Shown here one piece after another: positions 42,778 to 56,241 of a DNA stretch of 64,000 bases. Within the stretch, counting starts at the first letter, position 1. Every line of letters begins with the position of its first letter. This stretch comes from Amoebidium appalachense (Eukaryota; Protista; Ichthyosporea): positions 2,098,342 to 2,162,341 of the forward strand of contig CAVNZM010000005.1 in NCBI GenBank assembly GCA_963693365.1, written 5' to 3'. Made by a program: the position numbers and the translations under genes. Under the pieces are notes generated by a model, which was not told the origin of the DNA, did no database searches, and saw only the letters and a list, made by a program, of their open reading frames with translations.

Positions 42778-43042
42778 GAAACATGTACAACAGCAGCGCC
42801 GGGCGAAAGTGACACGAACTGGTGTGGTGCGCTTGATTATGTTTGAAACATGCACAACAGCAGCGCTGGGCGAAAGTGACACGAACTGATGTGGTGCGCC
42901 TGATTACGTTTGAAACATGCACAACAGCAGCGCTGGGCGAAAGTGACACGAATTGGTGTGGCGTGCTTGGTTATGTTTGAAACATGTACAACAGCAGCGC
43001 CGGGCGAAAGTAACACGAACTGGTGTGGTGCGCTTGGTTATA
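42778..43042. repeat. 67-bp tandem repeat x4
   Basis: GTTTGAAACATG(C/T)ACAACAGCAGCGC(C/T)GGGCGAAAGTGACACGAA... arranged head to tail. Confidence 0.9.
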
Positions 43043-44521
43043 TTTGTTCGTTCGGGAATCAAGATGGACTCTTGTAATTTCTCCGTTGTATATAGAGCGC
43101 AAAGAGAGTGTTGAACATATATTCTCATTTCGCAAAGCTTGAAGCAAGCAAGAAAATCACGTTTTTGATGACTGGCCAATTAATGTTTTGTTCAGTTTGG
43201 CCAATGGAATCACTGATTGGCGCGTACGTGATAATAAGCTAATCAGTGAGATCGGCTAATAATAGTTTGGGTAGCAGGGCCAGCCTGCCCAACCAAGACC
43301 CTTTTGCGAGTAACAATTGTGATTTATTCTAATAGGCAATAAATATTAAAAAAGCATAATTTATTTATGTTTATTTATACTTTACGCGGACACAGACATT
43401 TGCTTGGAATTTTGTTTGGAAAGGGTCCTGTGAATCTGGTCTTCGAAAAGCGTTGCAGCCTTGAGTCACGGTGTATTGACCAACTAGATTGTACCAATGC
43501 CGATAAGCGCTTGCCTAGAGTACCAGTGCCCGATCACGTTGACCCAACCATTATTCACCAATCACCGATTGGTTTTGTTGGCTGGCGCATTTACGTGATG
43601 ACTGGCCAATGAAATTACTTAGTGACTGATAGCAGCACCGACCCTGGAGCGTTTTGACTGAGCAAGGAATAAGGGAAATCCTAAAAGAGGGTTGTATGTT
43701 TTATGACATATAAGGTTCTATAAATAAACAACCATGCGCTTGGGATTTTGGTTGGAAAGCGTTTTGTATTTGCCCAATTTGAATCCGATGCTTCGATTTC
43801 GGTCAATCAGAATACCCTGAGCATCAGCGCCGCGAATCACGTGGGGCAAGAACCAACCCCTATGCACCAATCAAACGCTTGCACGTAAAAAGGTCCGCGA
43901 ATAAGATGTTGTGAAAGCGTATATCCTTCGATGTTTTAAACTAGCGCTCGTTTTGTCCTGTATATTATATTTTTATTTCGTATATTCACCTTTTTTATAC
44001 AGTTTACCTGTGAACCAAACACGATTAGAGATATATTCGCTAACAGCGCCAAAAGGTTCTGTTTTTCTTATGCTTGATTCTCGTAACATAAGATCGTATT
44101 TTGCGCAATGGCTTCACATAAATTATTGATGACGGTTTTTTTATATCAGTTCACAGCGCTGTCATTTTCTACTTTTCTGATTCTTTTGTTCATGGCTGTG
44201 TTTGCACACGACGGTGTTTGCCTAGAGAAACGTAACACTCTCTTTTTTTTTTCTTTTTCTCTTGTTCACGACTGGGTTTGCACAGGACTGTGTTTGCGCA
44301 GAGAAACGTAACACTCTTTTTTTTTACTTTTTCCTTTGTTCACAACAGAGAATCGTATTCGTAGCACTTTCTTTTTTTTTTCCTTTTTCCCTTGTTTTTT
44401 TTTTTCCTTTTTCCCTTGTTCACGACTGGGTTTGCACACGACTGTGTTTGCGCAGAGAAACGTAAGACTTCCTTTCTTTTTTTCCCTTTGTTTATCCTTT
44501 TTTTTTGTGAAAACTGTCACG

Positions 44522-45748
44522 ATGGATTATTCCCAGCAAGCTCCCGGGTCGGGGTCATACGAAACCAACATCAGCAAGTCCGCCGACCCCGTCACAACGC
44601 AAGCCCCCCCCCCATCCAACCCCCCCCCACACTCCGGCGGCGAAGTCCCCTCCCCAACCAACCCCCCCCCCACACTCAGGCTCCGGCGGCGACGTCCCCC
44701 CCCCCCCATCCAACCCCCCCCACACTCCGGCGACACTGCTCCCGTCGATCCAAAAATGTTCGAAGAGTACTTGGAGACTGTGTTGCAGTCGAAAGTAGAC
44801 AGTGCCATTGCCTCTGCATTGGCAAAGGTCGGTACTGCGGCCACTGCACCCGCTGTCACCACCCCAACCACCGAATTGCAGGAGAAGCTGGAAGCCGCAG
44901 AGAAAGAATTACAAACGAAGGATCAAGACATCCAAATCCTTAAGGGGGAAATTGCCGAGCTAAAATCGGCGGCGGCCAAACAAAAACACCTTGCAGATGC
45001 AAAGGAACAGGTGTTATCGGCAAAGAATCGGGACCTCGAAGGGCAGCTTGTTGGAAAGGTGGCCGATATCCTGGAGCATCAGACTGAAGGGGAAAGATAC
45101 CGGGCCGAGATTACCAAGCTTCAGTCACACATTGCGACCATGAGGGAATCATACCGTAGAACAATCGACGAGAGCACACAGAAACTTCGTGATTGGAATG
45201 ACCCCCAGCCCCTCCCCGACATTACCGTCCAACACGGTCTCGCCCCCCCCTCCCCCCCCCCTGGTACGACCAATCAAAATCCCATCCCCACCCTCCCCCC
45301 GCCCGGTACCACTCAGCCCAAAACCCCCCTCAACCTCCCCCTGCCCATTCTCCCCCTCCCCCCACCTGTCATGCCCGTACCCCCCTTCAATCCGTCCCTC
45401 ACCACCGTTACCAGCACCCAATCCCACACTTTTGGTGCCTCCATGATGTCGAACCCCTCTGCATATTCCCAGGGTTCAAAGAGAGGGGTGTCAGATATTT
45501 CTTTTGGTGTGTACAAACGGCACCGCCAGGAAGAGACGTCATTTGAGACGGCATTAGATGAGGAATTGGAGGACATGATGGCTTTGGGCGAGAAGGTCGA
45601 GGGGAAGAAAGGGAAAGAAAGTGGTCGAGCAAAGAAACCAAAACAGAGTCAGAAACCAGCCCCTGCCCGCAGTGGCAGGACACGAGCAAAGCAAGTTTCA
45701 GATATACAGGTTATTCACGGGGACAGTGATGAAGACGATGAAGATTAG
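44522..45748 (+). CDS. Pro-rich/coiled-coil protein with basic and acidic tail
   Basis: ATG 44522 (MDYSQQ); ~110-aa heptad region; NLS-like basic stretch; divergent from the KDM4-like gene. Confidence 0.65.
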   Translation: MDYSQQAPGSGSYETNISKSADPVTTQAPPPSNPPPHSGGEVPSPTNPPPTLRLRRRRPPPPIQPPPHSGDTAPVDPKMFEEYLETVLQSKVDSAIASALAKVGTAATAPAVTTPTTELQEKLEAAEKELQTKDQDIQILKGEIAELKSAAAKQKHLADAKEQVLSAKNRDLEGQLVGKVADILEHQTEGERYRAEITKLQSHIATMRESYRRTIDESTQKLRDWNDPQPLPDITVQHGLAPPSPPPGTTNQNPIPTLPPPGTTQPKTPLNLPLPILPLPPPVMPVPPFNPSLTTVTSTQSHTFGASMMSNPSAYSQGSKRGVSDISFGVYKRHRQEETSFETALDEELEDMMALGEKVEGKKGKESGRAKKPKQSQKPAPARSGRTRAKQVSDIQVIHGDSDEDDED

Positions 45749-46092
45749 GTTGGGAGTGGTGAGGGGTGTGTTTTGATTTTGTTGTATGTGTCAGGGGCTG
45801 GGTATGGCCACAGGGGCTGGCTGATGTATTTTAATATATGACTGTTGATACTGGTAGCACCTTACGGTTTCTGTATTTATGTTAACGAGCATCTTATGGA
45901 TCATAGCATGTAGGCATCTTTTTTTTTCTGGTTCTGGATGGTTTAGTATCTTGTGGTTATTATATATGTACAAGTCTTCTGGATGGTTTAGTATCTTGTG
46001 GTTATTATATATGTACAAGTCTTGTTTTGCTGTTTTCAACCGATTAAATATCGATTGTATACAAAGAAGTCCAGGTCCCTTTTGGTACACAC

Positions 46093-46113
46093 TTGCATGC
46101 ACGTTCAAAGTCT

Positions 46114-46145
<32 letters not shown>

Positions 46146-46221
46146 CCTCCCCATGCATGCATGCCCGTGTGGCACACAGTTTGTGTGCTTTCATAAGTCT
46201 ATTGCATGCACGTTCAAAGTC

Positions 46222-46270
<49 letters not shown>

Positions 46271-46347
46271 CCTCCCCATGCATGCATGCCCGTGTGGCAC
46301 ACAGTTTGTGTGCTTTCATAAGTCTATTGCATGCACGTTCAAAGTCT

Positions 46348-46378
<31 letters not shown>

Positions 46379-46462
46379 CCACACTCCCTCCCCGTGCATG
46401 CATGCCCGTGTGGCACACAGTTTGTGTGCTTTCATAAGTCTATTGCATGCACGTTCAAAGTC

Positions 46463-46516
<54 letters not shown>

Positions 46517-46592
46517 CCTCCCCATGCATGCATGCCCGTGTGGCACACAGTTTGTGTGCTTTCATAAGTCTATTGCATGCACGTTCAAAGTC

Positions 46593-46627
<35 letters not shown>

Positions 46628-46715
46628 CCACACTCCCTCCCCATGCATGCATGCCCGTGTGGCACACAGTTTGTGTGCTTTCATAAGTCTATCGATGCAT
46701 GCACGTTCAAAGTCT

Positions 46716-46746
<31 letters not shown>

Positions 46747-46943
46747 CCACACTCCCTCCCCGTGCATGCATGCCCGTGTGGCACACAGTTTGTGTGCTTT
46801 CATAAGTCTATTGCATGCACGTTCAAAGTCTCCCCCCCCCCCCCCCCCCCCCCCCTCCCCCACACTCCCTCCCCGTGCATGCATGCCCGTGTGGCACACA
46901 GTTTGTGTGCTTTCATAAGTCTATTGCATGCACGTTCAAAGTC

Positions 46944-46976
<33 letters not shown>

Positions 46977-47069
46977 ACACACACACACTCCCTCCCCATG
47001 CATGCATGCCCGTGTGGCACACAGTTTGTGTGCTTTCATAAGTCTATCGATGCATGCACGTTCAAAGTC

Positions 47070-47121
<52 letters not shown>

Positions 47122-47260
47122 ACCCCACACTCCCTCCCCATGCATGCATGCCCGTGTGGCACACAGTTTGTGTGCTTTCATAAGTCTATCGATGCATGCA
47201 TGCCCGTGTGGCACACAGTTTGTGTGCTTTCATAAGTCTATTGCATGCACGTTCAAAGTC

Positions 47261-47299
<39 letters not shown>

Positions 47300-47645
47300 C
47301 CCCCACCCCACACTCCCCTCCCCATGCATGCATGCCCGTGTGGCACACAGTTTGTGTGCTTTCATAAGTCTATCGATGCATGCATGCCCGTGTGGCACAC
47401 AGTTTGTGTGCTTTAATAAGTCTATTGCATGCACGTTCAAAGTCTCCCCCCCCCCCACCCCCCCCCCCCCCCCCCCCCCCCCACCCCCCCCCTCCCCCCC
47501 ACCCCCACCCCACACTCCCTCCCCATGCATGCATGCCCGTGTGGCACACAGTTTGTGTGCTTTCATAAGTCTATCGATGCATGCATGCCCGTGTGGCACA
47601 CAGTTTGTGTGCTTTCATAAGTCTATTGCATGCACGTTCAAAGTC

Positions 47646-47709
<64 letters not shown>

Positions 47710-48335
47710 ACCCCACACTCCCTCCCCATGCATGCATGCCCGTGTGGCACACAGTTTGTGTGCTTTCATAAGTCTATCGATGTATATTGCATGCACGTTT
47801 AAAGTATTTATTTCCCCTCTTTTTGCACACACAGCTTTGCACACACAGCAACTGTCTTTTTATTGTATCCACTTTGGGTATGAAGCGCTGGCGCTGGGTT
47901 TGTCGTATACTCCACTTCGGGGCTTTTGTATGCAGCGCTTATTTCCCCTCTTTTTGCACACACAGCTTTGCACACACAGCAACTGTCTTTTTATTGTATC
48001 CACTTTGGGTATGAAGCGCTGGCGCTGGGTTTGTCGTATACTCCACTTCGGGGCTTTTGTATGCAGCGCTTATTTCCCCTCTTTTTGCACACACAGCTTT
48101 GCACAAACAGCAACTGTCTTTTTATTGTATCCACTTTGGGTATGAAGCGCTGGCGCTGGGTTTGTCGTATACTCCACTTCGGGGCTTTTGTATGCAGCGC
48201 TTATTTCCCCTCTTTTTGCACACACAGCTTTGCACACACAGCAACTGTCTTTTTATTGTATCCACTTTGGGTATGAAGCGCTGGCGCTGGGTTTGTCGTA
48301 TACTCCACTTCGGGTCTTTTTGTATGCAGCGCTGG
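46093..48335. repeat. Minisatellites: ~115-130-bp poly-C-containing unit (46093-47800) and 131-bp x4 (47810-48335)
   Basis: Tandem units are directly visible in the sequence. Confidence 0.9.
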
Positions 48336-48933
48336 CGCGGTGACACGTCAATCGGATTAAAAGTCCGAGTGACTTGTTTGTCTCAGAGCGGTGTCGTACT
48401 CCGCAGCACCCGTCTTCTTATTGAAATAGTATATGACTGCATACATCAATGGTGTAACCAATAAACATGTGAGGACAATAGCAGCGCTGACGTACACCAG
48501 ATACATTTTGTTCACTTTCTCTCTAGCATTCGGTTCGGACTTCATTAAATTGTACCAGTGTATATTTGCAACGACACTGCATATAGATATCACATAAAGA
48601 ATGCCTGTGGTGACCGTGCTGTCGAACATGTACGTGTACCTCACAAAACTTTCAGTATCCGACGTGTTACACCCCAAAAGTGACCTCTCTGAGATCTTGC
48701 CTGTGGTACAAACTCTTGATGCCGTGTTGCTCTTGTGTTTTACCAGTACCCCTCTCTCCAGATGCCGAATTTAGATTGGAATTCGTGAATACACCCATGT
48801 GATTGGTCAGTGGTTTGGCACCAAGAGATTGATTGATATGCCATCAACCAGTCAACAAAAAGTACTCGCTTTTACTTTTTGTCTCGCTTCACCCCAATCC
48901 AAGAACAGTGCACACCAAAACAAAACACTAGAA

Positions 48934-49416
48934 ATGGGAGACGCACTTTTGCGCCCCGATTCGGTTGACCCCGAACGATGCCCTGCATTTGCACCCTCAA
49001 AAAAAGCCCAGTGCAAAAACAAAAAGAAAACATGCCCACACCACAAGGACGGCTTCAAGCCCTGGGTATGCTTTGCCCCTGCCACCGGTGTCCTCCTCTA
49101 CAGCGACAACACCATCAACATCCTCCACCCCCACAAGGCCGGGGACTATGCTCATGCAAACCTCCTGCTGGACGACCTCCTGGCCGCCTTTACAGTCGCA
49201 GAAATGCAGCGCCCTCGCACCGAGCGCACCGGGGTACCCGCGCTGACTGTGTCCACTCCGGATCCACCCATGGGTGCACCACAGCCACCGGTTGCAGCTG
49301 CAGCGGTGGGTGTGGGCAGGGAAAATGGGTACTGCCAGGGCAAAACCAAGGCTGGCAATCCCTGCAAAAACAGGGTGAAATCTACGACCCATTGCCATAA
49401 GCACAAGCCCAAATAA
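48934..49416 (+). CDS. Intronless protein with two CCCH-type Zn motifs (DUF5763-like), virus-like
   Basis: CPAFAPSKKAQCKNKKKTCPHH and CQGKTKAGNPCKNRVKSTTHCHKH. The stop lies inside AAATAAA, as in genes of the viral block. Confidence 0.6.
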   Translation: MGDALLRPDSVDPERCPAFAPSKKAQCKNKKKTCPHHKDGFKPWVCFAPATGVLLYSDNTINILHPHKAGDYAHANLLLDDLLAAFTVAEMQRPRTERTGVPALTVSTPDPPMGAPQPPVAAAAVGVGRENGYCQGKTKAGNPCKNRVKSTTHCHKHKPK

Positions 49417-49479
49417 AAAAACCACCCACACAGCCGCATGGTGCCAACATACACTATCCTCCCCGTGAGTGGCATGCCA

Positions 49480-49790
49480 GTCTCCCCAGCCCCCCTGCTC
49501 CCCTGCTCCCCTGCCCCCCTGCCCCCCTGCCCCCCTGCTCCCCTGCCCATATGCACACCCACACACTGAGTGGCTCCCCTGCTCCCCTGCCTCCCGGAAC
49601 CAGGCCCCAGTGAGTGCTCACGTGCCCCCCCCCTGCCTCCCCTGCTCCCCTGCCTCCCGGAACCAGGCCCCGGCGCAGGGCCAGTGAGTGCTCCCCTGCT
49701 CCCCTGCCTCCCGGAACCACGCCCCGGCGCAGGGCCAGTGAGTGCTCCCCTGCTCCCCTGCCTCCCGGAACCACGCCCCGGCGCAGTGGC
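49480..49790. repeat. C-rich ~54-bp tandem repeat
   Basis: CTCCCCTGCTCCCCTGCCTCCCGGAACCA(G/C)GCCCC x4. Confidence 0.85.
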
Positions 49791-50251
49791 AGCTATTTTT
49801 AGATATAGAGATTCCATGGCCACATGGCCAGATGGCCAGATCATTTTGCTCACCGTTTTATCCCGTTTTATCCACCTTTTTCCACACACTGAATTTGACC
49901 TGGCCATCTGGCCATCTGGGTAGAGACCGTTTTCTGTTCTGATATTGGAGAACTGTCTGATAGTGATAGCAAATGTCATTCGAAGAACAATCGGGAAACC
50001 CCGTGGTGTGACAACCAATCAGAATGAAGCAAGTTTTTCGTAGCAAGAACAGGCCGCCTAGTCGGACAGTGGCGTTGTGGCTGGGTAAACGGCATTCTGG
50101 GTGCGTTCAATGCAGACTTTGGTGATCTAGTCATTCTTTTAATTCTTTGCTCTCTCTATTCTTCCACGCCATCTTCTTGTAACGCAAGGCACCTGGTTTT
50201 AAAGACACGATTTGTCCCCCGTGCTCCTCCCTGCTTTTCCCTTGCACTAAG

Positions 50252-51201
50252 ATGGCCCCCCACTCTGAAAGCAACCCATCCACCACCCCATCTTCCGTAA
50301 TCGTTGTAGGTGGAGGTGTATTTGGCCTTTCCACAGCTTTGTCCCTCTGCAAACGTGGGGTGCAGGTTTCAGTTTTTGACCGTTCCAAAGTTCCGGCCCC
50401 TGATGCTGCCTCTACCGACATTACAAAGATTATCCGTCTGGACTATGGCTCACACAAAGACCACGAGGCCATGTGCCTTGCTGCCTATGAGAAAATGGCG
50501 TAAATGCAACGTGAAAGTAGACGAGAGCGAGCGGGACCCGATTTTCAATGAGACGGCACCGCAAATTCTGCACGAAACTGGTGTTGTGTATTTGAGCAAG
50601 AAATCACTGGACAAACCATCCTACGAAGCGGAAGGTTACGAGTCTCAAAGGGAGCTTTCCAACGCAAACAAGGATGTCAAGCAGATGATTCGCCTAAGGG
50701 AAGAAACCAACAACACCACCGCAAGACATGTTGTCAATGACTGGGCGGTTGGGGGAGATCTGTATGCTGACGGGTATCTGAACCCCAACGGAGGGTGGGG
50801 AGCAAGCGGGCTTGCAGTGGAACATCTGGCTAAAGTTGCTCGTGAGTGGGGGATTAAGATCTACGAGGAGGAGGCTGGCGGGTTTGCAGAATTCATTGAA
50901 AGGGATGGGGCTGTGACAGGTGGGTGCACGTGATGTAGCTTGTTCTTTTCGACGTTAGCTCGAGTGCTTTTGATGGTACTTTCTGCTGCTGTCTTGTTTC
51001 GTGTTGCTGGCTGTGTTAGTGACTACCTTTCTGATCCAAAAGAAATTATTTGCACAGAAAAGCAAAAATCTGTTTATCTGTGGTCGTGTATCTGTGGTTG
51101 TGTTTGGGTGTGTGCAGGAAGAGCAAGGCGGGCATGAAGGGGCCGCAGGTTAACCCTTGGGGGAGGGGGGAGGGGGGAAGGGAGGGATTTGGGGCGGGCG
51201 G

Positions 51202-51247
<46 letters not shown>

Positions 51248-52713
51248 TGCGCATGGTAGGAGTGTGGGTGGGTGTGTTTTGTGTGTGGGGTTGCCATCAA
51301 AAATATGTTGTTGGCTGTGCTTTTCCTTTGATGTCACCGGCATGTGGTTATTTCTGTCCGTGAGCCCGCGTGCCTTGGATGAATGCGGGATGTCGCCGTG
51401 CTTGTAAGCTCTTCTTACTTTCTTTCACTCTGGCTACCTTCATTAACCCCAACCAACCTGCCATTCTGTGCTGCAGTGCCCCCTCCCCCCCCCCCCCCCG
51501 CCCTCCCCCCCCTTTGCCCTCCACACGGAGTTGTGGGGACTAACTATGTAACAAATCCCATCTTCTCACTGCCACTTACCTGAATGCATGCCACAGATGC
51601 TTCAGGAAGTCTCCCCCCCCCCCCCCCCCCCCCCCCCCACCACCACCACCGTTCCGTGGATATAAATACATTGACCCCCCCCCCCCCCCGACCCTCTTTT
51701 CTGCCACCGCCATCACCTGAACACAGCACGTGCCCCCCCCCCCCCCCCCCCCCCTGCCCTCTCTCCCTTCCTTCCCTTAGGTTTTGTTGTTTGTTAACAC
51801 TTGTGTTACGACTGGCATACCCGAAACCCCCCTCTCCCCCCTCTCCTCCCAACCCCCCAAATAACTAACAGCACCTACCCCCCCTTCCCCTCCTCCCCGC
51901 CCTGTTCCCTGGCCTACTTTCCTCCTCCCCCTGCCTCCTCCCACCCCTTCGTATCTCTCTCCCTCTACCCCACATCCCACACAGGTATCATCACCACGGA
52001 CGGCACGCACCACACTGCCGACCTTGTTGTTGTTGCTGCCGGTGCCTGGACACCCTACATCCTCGGCCCTCCCTTCTCCGACTCTGTCCACGCCAGCGGC
52101 CAGCCTGTTGTTCATTTCCTCGTAAAGGCCCCCACCTCTCTTGCAAACGACATGAACCTACCACCCGGCATTGCTGATGGTTCCCTTGCACGTGAATTCG
52201 GGACCGAGGCTGGCCGCCTTCCCACATGGGCAGCTGCTATATCCGAGACTGGCTTCTACGGTTTCCCCGTGGTTCCCGGTGCCCTTCCTGTCCCTGCCCC
52301 CGAGCTGAACAAATTGATGGGGGGTGGCTGCCATGAGCCACCTGCCAACCCCCGTGACGATGACGTATTAGTGCTGAAAATGGCCTGGCACGGCCCAGGA
52401 TACCTGAACCTTGTCCCACACAGAAAGCGTGCAGACGGTACACAGACCGAGGGTCTCGTTTCAGTTCCTGTTGTGCCTGCTGTCCCCCTTTCCTTCAACC
52501 CCGAGGGGCCAAAGTTCAACACTATTCCTATGGAAGTGATGGAGAAATATCGGCAGTTTGCAAAAGAATCCCTCCCGGCTGAGCTCAAGGGTCTCCCCAT
52601 TGCGGCCATGCGCATGTGTTGGTACTGTGACTCTTTTGACGGCCAGTTCTATATCGACTACGTGCCTAACCGCCCTGGGCTGTTCGTGTGCTCTGGTGAT
52701 TCTGGTATGTAGC

Positions 52714-52752
<39 letters not shown>

Positions 52753-52908
52753 AAAAAAAAAAAGGAAAAAGAAAAAAGAAAAAGAAAGAAAGAAAAGAAA
52801 GAAAAAAAAAACCATCGTCACCTTTTGAAGGCATAATGTTTGCATGTTGAGTTGGCACATGCACTTGAACTTATTGCCTGTGCTTATAGACACCAATGTT
52901 CTAGACCT

Positions 52909-52976
<68 letters not shown>

Positions 52977-53898
52977 CCTTCTTCTCCCCACTCTTCCATC
53001 CTCCTACACACACACCTCTTTCTCTAAATGGTCACTCGTGCCTGGCATCTTACGATATTCAACCTCTCGTGTATCTTCTTTCCTCTCATCACTACTTTCT
53101 CTTATATCTTCTCTCTCGGCCCCACCTACCTCATGCTTTGTCTTCCTCCTGTCTTGCTTCAACCTCCCCCCTCCCCCCTCCCCCCCCCCCCCGGAGACAT
53201 CTTTACTTCCATGCAACCGGGCATGGTTGCTCTGTGTCGTGCATCTGTAAGCACATACGCGTTTGTCGCTGCACTGCATTAGTTTGCGCACACATCTTCA
53301 CCGTTTTGCTCACCTTGCTTGCATAAGCAACCCTGCTCGTCTTTGATCAAGACGGGTTGACCCACCCAAGTTCAGTTGATGCTGCTGTCTGAGTTGGAGC
53401 GTCGTATATACGCGGGCTAAGGGGTCGAAACTCAGACGCAATTGATGACTTGGGCCCTCCCTGAGGATGGGCTCTGCTTATGACGCATACTGTGCGCATG
53501 GCTGATGCTGCATACTTGAATGTTTGCCTTTGCATGTGTCCTGCATCATGCTTCTCATCGTCTATGCGTACTTCGTACTGTGTTCCGCATTCAAACCCCC
53601 CCCCCCCCCACCCGCGGGGTAAGCGCATCCGCCCGGAAAGTGTAAGGTTGCAGGGTCGATCTCTGTCCTAGTCGATTTTTGTCGGGCTTTTTGTGAATGT
53701 CTTGTTTCAACCTGCCCACACCCCCCCCCCCCCCCCCCCCCCCCCCCTCTACACACACACCAACACCTCTGCCCAAACCCCCCTCATAAGACTCTCGCAC
53801 GCACATCAGTTTGGGGGAGGCACAAAGTCATCGATTGCACAAGGCAAGGGTAGTGCACGTGGGTTGTATGTTGAATTGAAGTGGTGGTGGTGGTGGGT

Positions 53899-53977
<79 letters not shown>

Positions 53978-54940
53978 AGGAGGAGGGGGGAAGGGGGGGG
54001 GGGGGGTGAAGGGAGGGAGGAAACGGAAATGTTTTTTTTTTTTTTTTTCGAGGGGGGGGGGGGGGGGGGAGGAGGGAATGAGAGGGGAGGGGGAGAGCGG
54101 GGAGGGGTGGGGGGTGGGGGGGGGAAGGGGGGGGTCACGGTGTGCATGAGAGGTTTGCACATAAGCAGTTACATCAAAGAAAACAAAGTTTATGTTTCTC
54201 TTAGTTTCTCTGGTGTGGTTTGTTGCCATCTGTCTTTGTCTCTGTTTACCAATGCCCTTGTATCACTAACCCCCCCCCCCCCCCCCCCCCCTCCCCCCTC
54301 TCCCCCCTGGTCCCACCTCACCCCACCCCTGTCATCCAACACAAAAATGTTCTGCTCTTGCCTTCTTGTGCAATCCATGATAGTTAAGCATTTTGGACAT
54401 AACACCCATCCCTCCCTCCCCCCCTCCCCCCCCCCCCCCCCCCCCCCCCCCCCACCCCCTCTCCCCCCAAATAAAATAAAAAAACAAAATAAAATTAAAA
54501 TAGAGAAATAAAACAATGAAAAATAAATAAATAAAATGGCAAAACTACTTAGACATGCAAACGACAGCTAACAAGAAACACATGGATGCCCACATGCACA
54601 CATACTGTAGACACATCCGTACTCCCTGGGCCACCATTTTAGAGTCCCGGACTGTTTTGCGCCTATCATGCTAACTCGAAATAACCTCACAGGCCACGGG
54701 TTCAAGTTCACACCCATCATTGGTGACATTGCTGCCGACGTCATCACCGGCACACCCAACCGCTTTGCATCACGCTATGCATGGAGGGAGAAGGCCAAGG
54801 TGGAGAAAGTGGACGCCAGCAACCAGCCTGCCAGCGACTGTCGCATGGAAACAGACATGAAGCCAACAGTCATGACCCCTGGCTTCCCGATGGTCCCGGC
54901 TGAGGAGTTATGTTGGTTCCAGTGCGCCAAGAATATGTAG
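50252..54940 (+). CDS. Sarcosine oxidase / fructosyl-amino-acid or pipecolate oxidase family FAD oxidoreductase (host gene, 3 exons)
   Basis: Exons 50252-50919 (VIVVGGGVFGLST, AASTDITKIIR; 1-bp frameshift at A4 ~50493), 51985-52704 (VVAAGAW..MCWY..F.ID..CSGDS) and 54693-54940 (GHGFKFTPIIG). Junction phases are compatible and a GCTAAC branch point precedes exon 3. Confidence 0.9.
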
Positions 54941-55465
54941 GTGCGTTGCTGTTGGTTAGAAGAAGAATGTTTTATTGGCTAGAATTTGTGAAAAGCACTG
55001 GGAATAATCAAGGCACATTATTGATTTCGTGTGGTTTAAGTAGGTTTGGAGCTCCTGGGGGGCTTTGTTAGAAAAAATTTCTAGGTTATGTGCGGTAAGC
55101 ACACAGTCGTAAAACCGGCGTGCAGACGTGGATTTTTTATTTGGTGGGAGGACTGACCGTTCTTACCTCCGTCATTTTCTTTCGAATGGCCATTTTTTGT
55201 CGGCTCTTTTTCCTTTTTGTCTCTACTTAATTCTCTATTTCACGTAGGAGGCAGTGAGTTCTGCAGACTTCGAGGATGCGCAACCTAACCCTCTAACTTC
55301 TGGTTCACCGAAGGACTGATGTGGCGGATGTTGCTAATTAGTCCACTCAATGATGCACTCGTGTGCTCTTGAGGTGGCATAATCCTTATTTTTTTTTTTC
55401 TTGTTTAATAAAAATTAAACATGTATGCGAACGTGTAATCAGAATGTTGCATGCCTGCTTCCCCC

Positions 55466-55496
<31 letters not shown>

Positions 55497-55749
55497 ACAT
55501 GTACACACACACACACACCGGGGCGGGGCTCCGGATCCGGACCAGACCGGCCGGCCCCAAACAACAAAAAAAAAAATGGAGAAAAGATAAAAGAAAGAAT
55601 AGATACTACCATATATACGTGAAGGTAATGGATAATGTGATTTCGTGTATGTTGTAATGTCCCCCTCCCCCCCCCCCCCTCCCCCCCCCTTCCCCCCCCC
55701 CAAAAAAAAGAAGGTTTCAGTGTTGTTCAGTGTTGCTTTGTTTTTTTTT

Positions 55750-55794
<45 letters not shown>

Positions 55795-56166
55795 TGCGTG
55801 AGTGGGTGGGTGAGGGGGGGGGGGGGGGGGGGAGGTGTTTAGATCCGCGCGGAGGACTTCAGGAAGAACAAACACACTTGAAGAAACACGGCGCAGGGTA
55901 CATGCAAAAGCAAACATTCAACTTGATGTATGAAACATCAGCAAGGCGCGTGATACGCGCTTGCAGCCACATCGAGCGAAGGCATCTTCAGGAGAAGACG
56001 AGGCAATATTCGCTGCATCTGAATGTCCAACCATTAGCCTCGTGCGGGGGGGATATATATTCGTGCCTTTCTTTACTATATAATTCTTAAAAAATGAAGT
56101 AGTCAGCTTCGCAAACAAGGTATTAGAAGCAGAGTGTGTTTGCACGTACGTACCGGCGTGTGTGTG

Positions 56167-56241
<75 letters not shown>

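Noticed and set aside
42778-43042. CRISPR-like look (units begin GTTTGAAAC)
   Set aside because: The units are head-to-tail with no unique spacers, there are no cas genes, and the context is eukaryotic.
48357-48770. Minus-strand hydrophobic ORF
   Set aside because: It has no plausible upstream ATG before an in-frame stop and no recognisable family. It may be a gene fragment, so it was not called.
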